Below are positions 29,414 through 39,495 of a DNA stretch of 64,000 bases, in pieces (the stretch's first letter is position 1; each line of letters begins with the position of its first letter). This DNA is from an uncultured bacterium (lineage in GTDB: Bacteria; Myxococcota_A; Bradymonadia; UBA7976; VGTA01), in the NCBI GenBank assembly GCA_943788935.1, contig CALSSE010000016.1, positions 1,759 through 65,758 of the forward strand, in the 5' to 3' direction. Under the pieces are notes generated by a model that saw nothing but the letters and a program-made list of their open reading frames with translations, searched no databases and was not told the DNA's origin. A program made the position numbers and the translations under genes.

Positions 29414-31486
29414 CTATCGGTGCTTACGCGCTTCTGTAGCGGAGATTTTCACCATGTATTCCCCCGAGCTTTCAGGGAAACGAGCTTGATAATCACTCAG
29501 TGCTGCTCTCGCTCGAGGCTTTCCTTGATATGGCCCAATTCTCACTCGATGAACCATCTGTCCATTATCTTGCTTGACGCTCAAGATATAGGCGGGGAAA
29601 CGCTCTTTACTGATCTGATCTCGTACCTTCTCAGCGTCTGTTAATCGATATGATGCTTTGACTTGAATCGCGTAGGGTTTAGCTGAACTATCGCTTGTTT
29701 CAACAGGGGCTTCGGTCTCTGGGGTTGACTGAGGAGTCGCCAGGCGTGGAGAGGGGACATCTTGTGCTCTGTGATTAGAAGGTGATTCTACCGGTGGAGC
29801 GCTCTCAACTTTAAAAATCTCTTGAGGACCTTTGATGATCCTAAAATCTACTCGACGGTTGAGGGCTCGACCTTCATCTGTATCGTTGGAGGCTATGGGT
29901 CGTTGATCTCCATAACCAGCGGCTTCTAGACGAGTGATCTCTACACCTAAGCCTACTAAGTGTAACTTCACAGCTTCCGCTCGCTCTTGAGAGAGTTTTA
30001 GGTTGAATTGAACCCCACCCGTGTCATCGGTGTGACCTTCGATACGAACGGAGGTGATCTGTGGATGTGTCTTCATCAGACTGGCGACTTGAGCTAACAC
30101 TGGAAAGCTCTTAGTTAAAATGATCGATTCATTATGCTTAAAGAAGATCTTCTCACTTAAACCGATCAGCTGTCCCTCGGGTGAAGGTGCCTCATTGTCA
30201 GGACAGCCGTCGAGGTCATCAACTTGATTATAGGTCTCCGCTTGAAGAGGGCATCGATCGACTGTATCAGGGATACGATCACCATCATTATCAGGATCAG
30301 GGCAGCCATCGCTGTCCTCGAACTGATCACGATCCTCAGCTTGTCGTGGACATCGGTCTTGAGCGTCGCTGATACCGTCTTGGTCTATATCGTCTTCTGG
30401 GCATCCATCATGATCATCGTGGCCATCTTGATCTTCCGGCTGAGTGGGACACCGATCAACAATATCGATGAGACCGTCACCATCTTGATCAGTGAGGGGA
30501 AGCCCTCCACCTTGAGACGGCTGTGGTGTCCAAGTGAGTCCACCGAGCATGCGTAATCCGACGCTGCTAAAATCGCCTCCAATCCCAGCACCCATTCCAA
30601 AATGGACATTAAATGCTCCTTGTCGAGTAGAACGAAGTGCCATCAGGCCTTCTAATGGTGCTCGACTATAGTCCATGAATCGCTGGAAGATCTCGGCGGT
30701 AATCTCTAGATCCTCATCTACTTTGTAGCCACCGGCGATCGACCATGTGGGACCGCTACTGACGTCGAGATCGGTGACACGGTCAAAGTCTCCTCGGAGT
30801 GGACGGAGACGATAACCGAGGTTGAGGGCTACTCGTCCGGTCTCGAAGAGATACTCTCCAAATAGATTAAAGAAAGTAGAGAAGTTTCTCCTCACGAAGA
30901 GCAGCTCTTCATCTGATCGGTCATAGTCCCCAGTGGGTAGGATGCTGAGGAGATTGGCTCCGAGGCCCAAACCTCTTTGATCTTTCGGTTTAATGAAGAT
31001 CACCTTTGGGTTGAGGCGTAAGTCTCCTAAACCTTGGGCGTCGTCTACCGGAAAATTGCCATTCACTCCAGAGCTAAAGCTATAGGGTATAGCGATACCT
31101 AGCTCTACTCGATCATGAACACCAAAGGCAGCGACGAGCTCAGTTGTGGTGATGTAGCGAACAAGCACCTCTTCTACTTGACCATCGACCATGAGCAAGA
31201 GGGGGTCTCGACCATAGTGAGTATAGCCGCTGAGGTTCCATTTTCCTGGCTTGACGATTCGTGATCCCTCTACTTGAACATAGCTAAGCTGGCCATGAGT
31301 AGGGAGGAGGAATTGTAAGTCTTGAGCGCTTGACTGAGTAGATGAGGTAAGACTCATGATAACCATAAGCAAGAGAGCGAATGACAGAGTAGACACAGTG
31401 TGAGACACAGTGTGAGACACAGCGTGAACCCCTCTCTTCCCTCGAACTAATAATCTTTTGATCTCCTTAGAGGATGTCATTCTCAA
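29414..31486 (-). CDS. Outer-membrane protein: N-terminal beta-barrel-like region + TSP3 repeats + OmpA C-terminal peptidoglycan-binding domain + C-terminal SPOR domain
   Basis: TSP3 repeats DQDGDGLIDIVDRCP...DQDGHDDHDGCPEDDIDQDGISDAQDRCP...DSDGCPDPDNDGDRIPDTVDRCP. OmpA-C motif IEGHTDDTGGVQFNLKLSQERAEAV...ALNRRVDF. SPOR-like tail KPYAIQVKASYRLTDAEKVRDQISKERFPAYILSVKQDNGQMVHRVRIGPYQGKPRARAA. A (VSHT)n 12-nt repeat lies near the N-terminus. Confidence 0.8.
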   Translation of the reverse strand: MRMTSSKEIKRLLVRGKRGVHAVSHTVSHTVSTLSFALLLMVIMSLTSSTQSSAQDLQFLLPTHGQLSYVQVEGSRIVKPGKWNLSGYTHYGRDPLLLMVDGQVEEVLVRYITTTELVAAFGVHDRVELGIAIPYSFSSGVNGNFPVDDAQGLGDLRLNPKVIFIKPKDQRGLGLGANLLSILPTGDYDRSDEELLFVRRNFSTFFNLFGEYLFETGRVALNLGYRLRPLRGDFDRVTDLDVSSGPTWSIAGGYKVDEDLEITAEIFQRFMDYSRAPLEGLMALRSTRQGAFNVHFGMGAGIGGDFSSVGLRMLGGLTWTPQPSQGGGLPLTDQDGDGLIDIVDRCPTQPEDQDGHDDHDGCPEDDIDQDGISDAQDRCPRQAEDRDQFEDSDGCPDPDNDGDRIPDTVDRCPLQAETYNQVDDLDGCPDNEAPSPEGQLIGLSEKIFFKHNESIILTKSFPVLAQVASLMKTHPQITSVRIEGHTDDTGGVQFNLKLSQERAEAVKLHLVGLGVEITRLEAAGYGDQRPIASNDTDEGRALNRRVDFRIIKGPQEIFKVESAPPVESPSNHRAQDVPSPRLATPQSTPETEAPVETSDSSAKPYAIQVKASYRLTDAEKVRDQISKERFPAYILSVKQDNGQMVHRVRIGPYQGKPRARAALSDYQARFPESSGEYMVKISATEARKHR

Positions 31487-31490
31487 GGCT

Positions 31491-34400
31491 CTATACTCCC
31501 TCAGTTCGACGTCTAAGTATCAAGCTGAGGAGCCCGAGAAGCAGGAGTAAACCTGAAAGTTGCCCTCTCCAGTGACCCCCTTGATCACAACTCGCAGTGG
31601 CGTAGCTACCACCTGCAAAATTTCGGTCTTCAGAAGGAGTGTACTCTCCATCAAGGTCTACATTATCGCCATCAGCATTATTTGAGCCATCAGTATTGTT
31701 TGAGCCATCATCGTTATTTGAGCCATCTGCAGCGCCACCGATCCTGACAGTTAACCAATACCGTTGCTCGGTAAGCCCTCCATCACCGACCCATGTTGAT
31801 TCGTCACTCGCTGCGCTATTATAATGTCCATCTTCGGCGACCAAAGTGATGCGGATAGGTCCTTCAGGTTGATCTTGTGGGACCTCCCAAACAACATGCC
31901 AAATACGGTCAGAGGGTTGAGCAACGATCTCCATACCAGCCGGTGCTCCTTCACCGATAGTAAGTGTCAGTGCATCAGATATTCCAGCGTCATCGAGACG
32001 AACTTCGTACACATAAGACTCACCGGGCGCGACTACTTCTACAGGGTCAGAGATGAAGGTAGGCGCAAGGTTTGAGATATGTGCCTGGATTTGTGAGACT
32101 CGAGGGGTTCTCTCATCTTGATTACTGACGGTCACTAAGTAAATGCCGTCATCGACATAGCGATGTCCAGCTTCGGCGCCCCAACGAGTAAATCCATCGC
32201 CAAAGTCCCACAACCAATCCATCGCTTGTTCTTCAACGTCATCACAAGCGGTGGGGTCTACCTTGGCTTCGAGGGTGACCAGCGCAGGGTCTACTCTGAA
32301 GACGACGCATCGTCCCTCCTCGCCAAGCACATGATCATCAGCGATCGCTGACTGATTCCAAGGACTTAAATCATAGGTGACGGTTTCTTCGGTAGAGAGG
32401 CCTGACCAAGGATCAGTGACCCTAATGGTGATCTCATAAGTGTTGGCTTCGGGGTAGGTATTGAAGGCGAGTGGGTCGAGTTGAGTTTCTATTTCCCATG
32501 TGCCATCACTCTCAAAGTCAAAGTCATAAGTGAGACCATCGGGGGAGTCGGCGTCTTCAGCGGTAACGCTAACTAGAATTTCTCCTCCCACCGTTTGAGA
32601 GATAGAGACCTCTTCTATATCGGTCGCGTTATCTTGGATGATCGCCTCGAAGCTCTGCTCAGTCATGAGGCCACGTTGGTCTGTCACGCGAACTTTACCG
32701 GGATAAGGGGTGAGCTCATTATATTCATAAGTACGATTACCTTCACCACCGGCGAGAGGACTGAAGTCAGGCTCTTCACCCATCTCGAACTCTAGTTCAT
32801 TCCCCCAGATCACTTCGTAGGAGAGAGGGCCTCCCTCGGGGTCATGAGCCTCGACCAAAAGATGAGCGCGACCTCGGGGGGTATAGGTGAGGTCTACGGC
32901 AGTGATCACCGGCGGTAACTCTTGAGCGACGACTACCGTGATCTCCTCCATGACGCCAGACCATGGATCTAGCACTCCGATCCGGACAGTATACTCATCA
33001 GCGGTAGGGAAGATATGAGACGCGGAGTTGTCAATATTGTCAGTGCTATCCCACTGAGCGTCATTATCAAAGTCCCAATAGTATCTCAGACTAGGAGAGT
33101 CTAGATCGAGTGCTTGGACAGTGAACAGTCGAGCTCCATCAGCGAGACGATTCTGTTGTACTCTAGAGATCACAGTAGGCTCGTCGATAAGATCGATCTG
33201 CGAGAAAGCGATGGTTTCTTGTCCACTCGGGTCGGTAGCTGTTACCTGTAGTGGGTAATTGATCGGTCCGAAGGGGAGAGATCGGGAGGCTGTTCCACCA
33301 AAGACTTGAGTTACGGGAGTGCCATCGCCCCAATTAAGAGTGATCGTGAGCGGTTGTCCTTCGGGGTCACGAGCTTCGATCGCGACTGTTGATTGACCAC
33401 CGGAGCGAACTGTCGGCGTGACGCTATCGATGATAGGGGGTAGGTTCTCTTCGGGCTCAAAGACGATCTCAAAGGTGTGACTTGTCTCTCCTCCTCGACC
33501 ATCAGAAGCGGTGACTGTCGCGCTATATGTCGTAAATACATCAGCTGGATAACTATGGATAAATATACCGCCACCATTGCTCTGACTCACTGAGTCATCG
33601 CCCGCTTCGAAGGTGTATCGAACAGTGTCATCATCAGGGTCAACCGCTGAGGTCACGAAGGTGATGAGCCATTCATCTCTCAAGGTGGCGAGCTGCTCAA
33701 ATTGGGGGGCGCGATTAGCGACGACGACATCTACCTCAACGGTAGTAGAAGCTCCACTCTCATCGATCACTGTGATATGAGCGGGGATGTTGTCAGCATC
33801 TGGTCCTGAATAACTGAAGCTATAGCTGTTCTGCGCAGAGCGATCGGCCTCAGGGATTCCATCAGCTCCGACATCAAAGGTGTAAACGAGCCGATCTGAC
33901 TTGAAGGGGATCGAGATGTCTAAAGGAGCGCGCGGGGCAGACTCTCCATTGTCGTCATCAACCGCCCAAGTATAGGCTGTCGCCTCATAGCCGTCAGGGA
34001 GTTCAAATGGCACTGTACCATTGGCGAGCTCAGCCTCGGTGAGGCTGAAATCCCATCCGTCGGGGCCATCTAGACTTATATAAGTGGTGAACTCATCGGC
34101 GACATCACTAGCGATGGGGTGAGCGGTAGCGCTGACACCATGCTCCGCTCGGGCGATGACAGTGATACGATAGCGTCCGTTCCCTTCAGAGATCGCTTCA
34201 GCGCTGATAATCACTGGCGGACGCTCTGTGATATCGATTCGACCCCAAGTAGCCAGCGGTGGTATATTAGGGATTAAGAACTCGATAAACTCTTCTGAGG
34301 ACAAACCGCCGCTATCGGTAGCGATGACTCTAATGACATCAACGCGAGTCCCCTCTCCATTTGGCTTATAGGTGAATGAAGGGCCCATATCATCTGGCTT

Positions 34401-35276
34401 ATCATCATAAGCGGGATCGGTGACAATCACGCCGTCTCCCTCGATTAAAGTATATTCATAAGTGATCCCGAGCGCTCCTTCAGGGTCTTCGGTTCCGCCA
34501 AGGTCAACAAATACGTCGCTGAGGCCATTTCCTCCTCCGTTGCCACCACCACCATCACCATCACCATCATCCGTGCCGACAGTAATGGTACCACAGTCCT
34601 CTCCTTCAGGAGGGGTCTCGCCAGCGCAGAGGTCGATATCAGGTGGCTCACTGTTAAGGAGGAGCTGGATACTGGCGCTGCCTTCAGCGCAGCGAGAACA
34701 GTCATCTTGATCTAGACCATCGAGACACTCGTTGGTCCACTGACCGTCATCGCACACTCTCATGGGGATAGAGATGAGCTCACCGATCGCGAGGCTAGGG
34801 TTAACTACGAAAGAGACTGTACTCTCTGTTCCATCTTCTCCCTCGTCATCATAATCACCATCGAGGTTAAGGTCGAAGTGAATGGAGACCACTCGGTCAG
34901 GAATACCGGGGGGACGAGTGTTATCGCCGGGGAATGGTGCCTGGGTAGCGTCTACATCATAGGATGCTCTACCATCAAGAGTGATGGTGCTCTCGGCATA
35001 TCCAGAATAAATGACTGTTGAACCTAGAGGGTGAGGGACTACTGTAGGTGGGTTGTTCTGCTTAGAGACCACTACTTTTACGGAGTCTACGTCATCTACA
35101 TATCGGCCGCGAGTATCGGTCACTCTTAGTCGAACACCATATTGTTCTTCCTCACCCCAATCAATATCAGGGCTGTACGAGAACGAGAATTGCTCATATG
35201 GGTCAATCGTCACAAAATCCCAGCGGATCTCAGATTGGTCAACAACCCCATCACCGTTGGTATCTTCATTACACAT
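31491..35276 (-). CDS. PKD-domain-rich cell-surface protein with MYXO-CTERM-like tail (Cys + hydrophobic helix + RRR). Lacks its own signal peptide and is probably the C-terminal part of a frameshift-split gene with 35539..37140
   Basis: Multiple PKD signatures (WDFDNDAQWD, WDFGDGFTRWG..., YDFDFESDGTWE). Tail ...GGSYATASCDQGGHWRGQLSGLLLLLGLLSLILRRRTEGV. The same reading frame stays open and protein-like for ~80 codons upstream of the annotated Met (…FPEFISPGGEVTFDHSWSYTLDPSVNIFNYQWNVIDYVDASLPNCAPEVNGCTDQNDDGDCDDAGE-M). Confidence 0.7.
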   Translation of the reverse strand: MCNEDTNGDGVVDQSEIRWDFVTIDPYEQFSFSYSPDIDWGEEEQYGVRLRVTDTRGRYVDDVDSVKVVVSKQNNPPTVVPHPLGSTVIYSGYAESTITLDGRASYDVDATQAPFPGDNTRPPGIPDRVVSIHFDLNLDGDYDDEGEDGTESTVSFVVNPSLAIGELISIPMRVCDDGQWTNECLDGLDQDDCSRCAEGSASIQLLLNSEPPDIDLCAGETPPEGEDCGTITVGTDDGDGDGGGGNGGGNGLSDVFVDLGGTEDPEGALGITYEYTLIEGDGVIVTDPAYDDKPDDMGPSFTYKPNGEGTRVDVIRVIATDSGGLSSEEFIEFLIPNIPPLATWGRIDITERPPVIISAEAISEGNGRYRITVIARAEHGVSATAHPIASDVADEFTTYISLDGPDGWDFSLTEAELANGTVPFELPDGYEATAYTWAVDDDNGESAPRAPLDISIPFKSDRLVYTFDVGADGIPEADRSAQNSYSFSYSGPDADNIPAHITVIDESGASTTVEVDVVVANRAPQFEQLATLRDEWLITFVTSAVDPDDDTVRYTFEAGDDSVSQSNGGGIFIHSYPADVFTTYSATVTASDGRGGETSHTFEIVFEPEENLPPIIDSVTPTVRSGGQSTVAIEARDPEGQPLTITLNWGDGTPVTQVFGGTASRSLPFGPINYPLQVTATDPSGQETIAFSQIDLIDEPTVISRVQQNRLADGARLFTVQALDLDSPSLRYYWDFDNDAQWDSTDNIDNSASHIFPTADEYTVRIGVLDPWSGVMEEITVVVAQELPPVITAVDLTYTPRGRAHLLVEAHDPEGGPLSYEVIWGNELEFEMGEEPDFSPLAGGEGNRTYEYNELTPYPGKVRVTDQRGLMTEQSFEAIIQDNATDIEEVSISQTVGGEILVSVTAEDADSPDGLTYDFDFESDGTWEIETQLDPLAFNTYPEANTYEITIRVTDPWSGLSTEETVTYDLSPWNQSAIADDHVLGEEGRCVVFRVDPALVTLEAKVDPTACDDVEEQAMDWLWDFGDGFTRWGAEAGHRYVDDGIYLVTVSNQDERTPRVSQIQAHISNLAPTFISDPVEVVAPGESYVYEVRLDDAGISDALTLTIGEGAPAGMEIVAQPSDRIWHVVWEVPQDQPEGPIRITLVAEDGHYNSAASDESTWVGDGGLTEQRYWLTVRIGGAADGSNNDDGSNNTDGSNNADGDNVDLDGEYTPSEDRNFAGGSYATASCDQGGHWRGQLSGLLLLLGLLSLILRRRTEGV

Positions 35277-35538
35277 TTCCCCCGCATCATCACAGTCGCC
35301 ATCATCGTTTTGGTCGGTACAGCCATTGACCTCTGGTGCACAATTCGGAAGAGAGGCATCAACATAGTCGATGACATTCCATTGATAGTTAAAGATATTG
35401 ACCGAAGGGTCTAGAGTGTAAGACCAACTATGATCAAAGGTGACCTCACCGCCTGGGCTAATAAACTCTGGGAAGGCTCTGGCATACGCCCATACTTCAA
35501 GCCAAGTCTGTATGACTTGGATGATAAGACCGGTGCGC

Positions 35539-37140
35539 TCATTGGTACCAATATAGCTCCCCCATCCCCAGCCTCCTACCCAATTCCATGAGCCATTCGC
35601 TTGTTGACGAGCGCTTCACGTCATTTGTGCGGGTAGAATAGCCTGAGACAAAGAAATCGACCATTACTTTGCTCCAGTCAGTACCGTTAGGCAATAATTT
35701 TACCTCGGGGACAAAAGAGCGTAAACCTTTGGTAGTCGCGTAAATAAAGTATAATCCCCAATGAGCGTCGTCATTCATAAACCAATCTTGAGCGGCGTTG
35801 ATCGAGGCTTGTGTTTGGCCTGCTCCGCTATTGACTTGGTTCTCTGTCCAGCCATAGCCAACGAGAGCGTTACCTGAGAGCTTTGGCCCTCCACCATGAT
35901 ACGAACAGTATCCGTTACTGCAGTAGGAACTTAACCAGCTGCGATGGTTATTTTTGGCAAAGTCATAGGTTTCAATGCCATATTTTCTCTCTAGGATGCG
36001 CAGCGCCTCTGGAGCCCAACCAGTGGTAGAGGCGTCAGTTGTGGAGCCACCTCCACAAGAGTAGTACCAGCCCCCATTTGAGGTCATGCAGCGAACGAGG
36101 CCATCAGCGAGGTCTTGACCGATATCCTTGAGTGTCCGGTTATGAGTAGCCTCTCCACCGGCTTGAGAGACATAATTGGGGTCACCAAAATTAGCGAGCG
36201 GCTCAACCCATGCTGTTGACTCATAACTAGACCAATGGCTAGAGAGGATCCCATGAGCGGAAGTGAAAGCGATCGCGAACCCATCCCGACCAGCGGTGTC
36301 TGTGTCATTAAACCCTGAGCTGACATAGGTCATGGTATCCATCATGGCGTGAAGACCACATTGGGTGAAGTTACGATAATAGGGGTCGCTCTCTCGTCCT
36401 GCACCATGACCGTGGCCGCGGCGTAAAAAAGCGTTCATCGCATGACCAGTCGCGTATAGTTTCTTCGAACCAGGGACAGTACAAGTATGAATGTTATGCC
36501 CCGCAGCATCAGTAGAGCTGTGCAGTGTTCTCGTGAATAAATACCACAGGCCGCGATCTACGGTTCGATCGGAGTACACTTGCCGACTTAGGTCGAGGTT
36601 GTCCCCGACGTCACAGCCTGCATTCGTAGCGTTATTAGCGTAGTTGCTACAGATTCGATTCACTCGAATCAGTACCGGCATAGTTGAAGTCGCGACCTCT
36701 TCTCCACACTGCACTTGTACCTTAGGGTAATAAATTCTATCCCCTTCAGCATCAGGGAATGTGACCTCTAGGGGGAGGGGTGCGAAATAATTGGAGTAAG
36801 CAGCGCTGCTCGCCTGTTGGAACTCCTCATTAGCATCGTCATAATCACCGTCACCATTCCAATCCCATCGATAACTATAATTGGGAGAGCAGGTGCCATG
36901 TTCAGCGATCGCTTGGAGCATTGTTGGTAGCCCATTGACCGCTATATGTGGGATCTCAGGTTTACCTTGTACCCATTGTATCGAGGTGACCTTAAGAGGT
37001 TCTGCAGACGCTGTGGAGCTTGTTGCCGAATAACAGCCTATAACCACAATAGCGGAGAGTAAGGATAAATAGCCGTCCAGATAAGGGACAAATCTATTAT
37101 ATTTTGTGCCCTTAGGTATGTCTGTGCTTGATGTGCTCAT
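35539..37140 (-). CDS. Secreted protein with PKD-like segment and alpha/alpha-toroid (terpene-cyclase/prenyltransferase-like repeat) region; probable N-terminal portion of the split surface protein
   Basis: Signal peptide (MSTSST...LSLLSAIVVIGCYSATSSTASA), YRWDWNGDGDYDD, GGWYYSCGGG and QDWFMNDDAHWGLYFIYATTKGL. Its stop lies inside the open upstream extension of the 31491..35276 frame. My hand count of the stop position differs by 1 nt from the track, so the exact junction is unverified. Confidence 0.6.
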   Translation of the reverse strand: MSTSSTDIPKGTKYNRFVPYLDGYLSLLSAIVVIGCYSATSSTASAEPLKVTSIQWVQGKPEIPHIAVNGLPTMLQAIAEHGTCSPNYSYRWDWNGDGDYDDANEEFQQASSAAYSNYFAPLPLEVTFPDAEGDRIYYPKVQVQCGEEVATSTMPVLIRVNRICSNYANNATNAGCDVGDNLDLSRQVYSDRTVDRGLWYLFTRTLHSSTDAAGHNIHTCTVPGSKKLYATGHAMNAFLRRGHGHGAGRESDPYYRNFTQCGLHAMMDTMTYVSSGFNDTDTAGRDGFAIAFTSAHGILSSHWSSYESTAWVEPLANFGDPNYVSQAGGEATHNRTLKDIGQDLADGLVRCMTSNGGWYYSCGGGSTTDASTTGWAPEALRILERKYGIETYDFAKNNHRSWLSSYCSNGYCSYHGGGPKLSGNALVGYGWTENQVNSGAGQTQASINAAQDWFMNDDAHWGLYFIYATTKGLRSFVPEVKLLPNGTDWSKVMVDFFVSGYSTRTNDVKRSSTSEWLMELGRRLGMGELYWYQ

Positions 37141-37327
37141 ATTTGCCTCATGAATATATGATTTCGTGATTAAACAAAATCTTGAGATCAGCAGCGTATA
37201 TCTAGTGAGTACCTCGCCACTGAGCTTATTACCTTTAAGATAGGTATTTCTACTTAATTACCTTTCATAATCTTGGCTGTTACGCAAAAGATCTGCAAGG
37301 TCTAAATATATGATCAAGAAAGAAAGA

Positions 37328-39241
37328 CTAGTTCATCTCGAGACCCTTTTCTGTTAAGGATTCAGAATGATTAAGTTTGTCACTCAGGCTGCGGGGGATA
37401 AGAGGTGATGTCTCAAGTACTGAGAGGATACCCTCAGCGATCTGCTCTCCAAGTTGACGATATCCTGTAGGGCTGAGATGGACTAAATCGAGCTGACTCC
37501 ACCGATCTGGTTTAGCACAAGCCCAAGATCTCATAGAGCCGGTTCCCCCCATGTCTGCTAGGGTATCATAAACGATACAACCTTCAGCGAGACCGACTCT
37601 TTTCTGAAGATCAACGATTGATTCAAGGTATAAGGGGGCTCGATAAGCGCAGCTTGACCTGTAGGTCTCCCATTGTTTGTCTGTTTTCACCTCGGGGACA
37701 GGGAAGCGATGGCGACCACGTTTACGATGGTTTACCAGTTCATCAGGAGCACAGACACGGGACCATCGCGTGCGATTAAGCTCCTCTAAGAAATCAGGGC
37801 GCTTACTCTTTCGCTTTAAATATCTACGTTGGCGCTTGGTGAGATAGCAGTTACGGTCTCGTCGACCAAAATCGGGGGGAGTGATTATGAGACAGGAGGC
37901 TTGAGGCGCTTGGGCTTTGAGGCGTTGGATGAGTCCTCTGAAGCGATCTTCGTATATTTTCAGACTTCCTGATTCTCTAGCAGCAGTATTCGTACCGAAC
38001 CATAGGGCGATCAGCTGCGGAGATTCTGATTGAATCCACTGGTTCAAGGTCTCATCTGCTTGAGTGTAAGGACTCCAGATCGTCGCTCCTCGAACTCCCA
38101 TAGAGTACAGTTGAACAGCCTTCTTATGGCTAGCATTTAGTGGTTCGGCTTTGAAGCCGAGGAGCTGTAGATAAGGCTTTTTGGGAAATATTAGCCGAGA
38201 ATCAGTGGCATAGCTCGGCGCTTTGATTCGCTTGTAAAATGCGTCTCTCTTGTGACGAGGATACCTCTTTCTAACCCTCGCTCTCTGTCTTTTAATGGAT
38301 CTCCTGCTCCGCTCACGTTTCTTCAACAACTGACGCCCAACCTTGAAACCGCGACTCAGCGAGAGCGTCAAACTATGACCGGCGAGTAACTCGATCTCAA
38401 TGGAGCCGAGCTTTTGTTCTCCCTCGATGAGCTCCCCAGCAAGGTGACAAGAAGTGACAGAGTGATCTTGATCTGAGGTTAGACAAAAGGGTAACTCCTC
38501 GCCAGTACGCTCGAAGTAAGCGGTGATTTTTAACCCTTGGTGACCTTCACTCTTCAGGGTGACAGTGGCGTCTTTATCTTGAGTCGCGAAAGCGATCCCT
38601 AACGGTCCAAAAGAGCCTTTGTCTCTGCGGTATAACCAGTTTTGCCTCAGCCATACTCCTTGGGTATTTACCTCAAAAGCGCTATGGATAGGATGGTCGA
38701 CTGTCACAAAGCCCGAAGTAGATAGAGTAGATGAATGAGAAGAGCCCTGATGGGCTTCAGGGATGGAGGGATTTAGGCGATCTCTAAGCGTCTGAGCGAT
38801 GGCCTCGCCGATGTAACCTCCCTGGGTATGTGAATCACCGTAGAGTACTGTTTTAAACGGTGTGTTTTTTTTATTCAGGTCTCGATAAAGTTTACCAACA
38901 GCTTCGGAGGGTAGAAGCATAGAGCCCCAGACTCGATCTGAAGGCGTGAACACTTGAGGAGAGATCGATGTCGTCTCATCCAAAGACTCTTTGGGGGAGG
39001 GCGTTGCTGTCAGTAATGGTTTTGAAGACACTTCAATGGCGCGTCTCACCTCTCTACTTTCCAATGCAATCCGTGAGGAGCTCAGCTTCATTGTCTGTTG
39101 CAGAGACTCTTGAGGAGCGATGGGGAAATTACTGGTCGAGGCGCAGCTAGAATGGCAACTAGAAAAGAGGATGGCGATCCCTAGGAGTCCAAACTCACTG
39201 GTGGAGATCGACCTGCGCTTGTCAAGCGTGATACGCCGCAT
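37328..39241 (-). CDS. SGNH/GDSL-hydrolase-family secreted protein (lipoprotein-like N-terminus)
   Basis: VLYGDSHTQGGYIG (GDS-H block I), ALWFGTNTAAR, and DLVHLSPTGYRQLGE (DxxH block V). N-terminal hydrophobic segment with Cys. Confidence 0.6.
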   Translation of the reverse strand: MRRITLDKRRSISTSEFGLLGIAILFSSCHSSCASTSNFPIAPQESLQQTMKLSSSRIALESREVRRAIEVSSKPLLTATPSPKESLDETTSISPQVFTPSDRVWGSMLLPSEAVGKLYRDLNKKNTPFKTVLYGDSHTQGGYIGEAIAQTLRDRLNPSIPEAHQGSSHSSTLSTSGFVTVDHPIHSAFEVNTQGVWLRQNWLYRRDKGSFGPLGIAFATQDKDATVTLKSEGHQGLKITAYFERTGEELPFCLTSDQDHSVTSCHLAGELIEGEQKLGSIEIELLAGHSLTLSLSRGFKVGRQLLKKRERSRRSIKRQRARVRKRYPRHKRDAFYKRIKAPSYATDSRLIFPKKPYLQLLGFKAEPLNASHKKAVQLYSMGVRGATIWSPYTQADETLNQWIQSESPQLIALWFGTNTAARESGSLKIYEDRFRGLIQRLKAQAPQASCLIITPPDFGRRDRNCYLTKRQRRYLKRKSKRPDFLEELNRTRWSRVCAPDELVNHRKRGRHRFPVPEVKTDKQWETYRSSCAYRAPLYLESIVDLQKRVGLAEGCIVYDTLADMGGTGSMRSWACAKPDRWSQLDLVHLSPTGYRQLGEQIAEGILSVLETSPLIPRSLSDKLNHSESLTEKGLEMN

Positions 39242-39439
39242 AGCTCTCCTTCGGAGATGATCGAATATGGAACAGATAAAGATGGTGGGGCAGAGTGAAC
39301 GAAAACATATGGAGGGTCAAGTGCTTGAGCGTCTTAGATGAGGCAATCTCCATGACCATACGTTTCAGAGTTGAGCTTTGACTTCATTCACAGTTAAGAT
39401 ACTCCCACCTCTCAAATAACCGAGCTAAAGTGTTGAGGA

Positions 39440-39472
39440 CAATTGACATGAAAACAATTGACATGAAAACAA
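39440..39472. repeat. 15-nt direct repeat x2 containing two TTGACA hexamers (acaattgacatgaaa) upstream of the liu-like cluster; candidate promoter/operator duplication
   Basis: acaattgacatgaaaacaattgacatgaaaacaacgtgtatgaaa read directly. Confidence 0.3.
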
Positions 39473-39495
39473 CGTGTATGAAAGAGAGTGACTAG

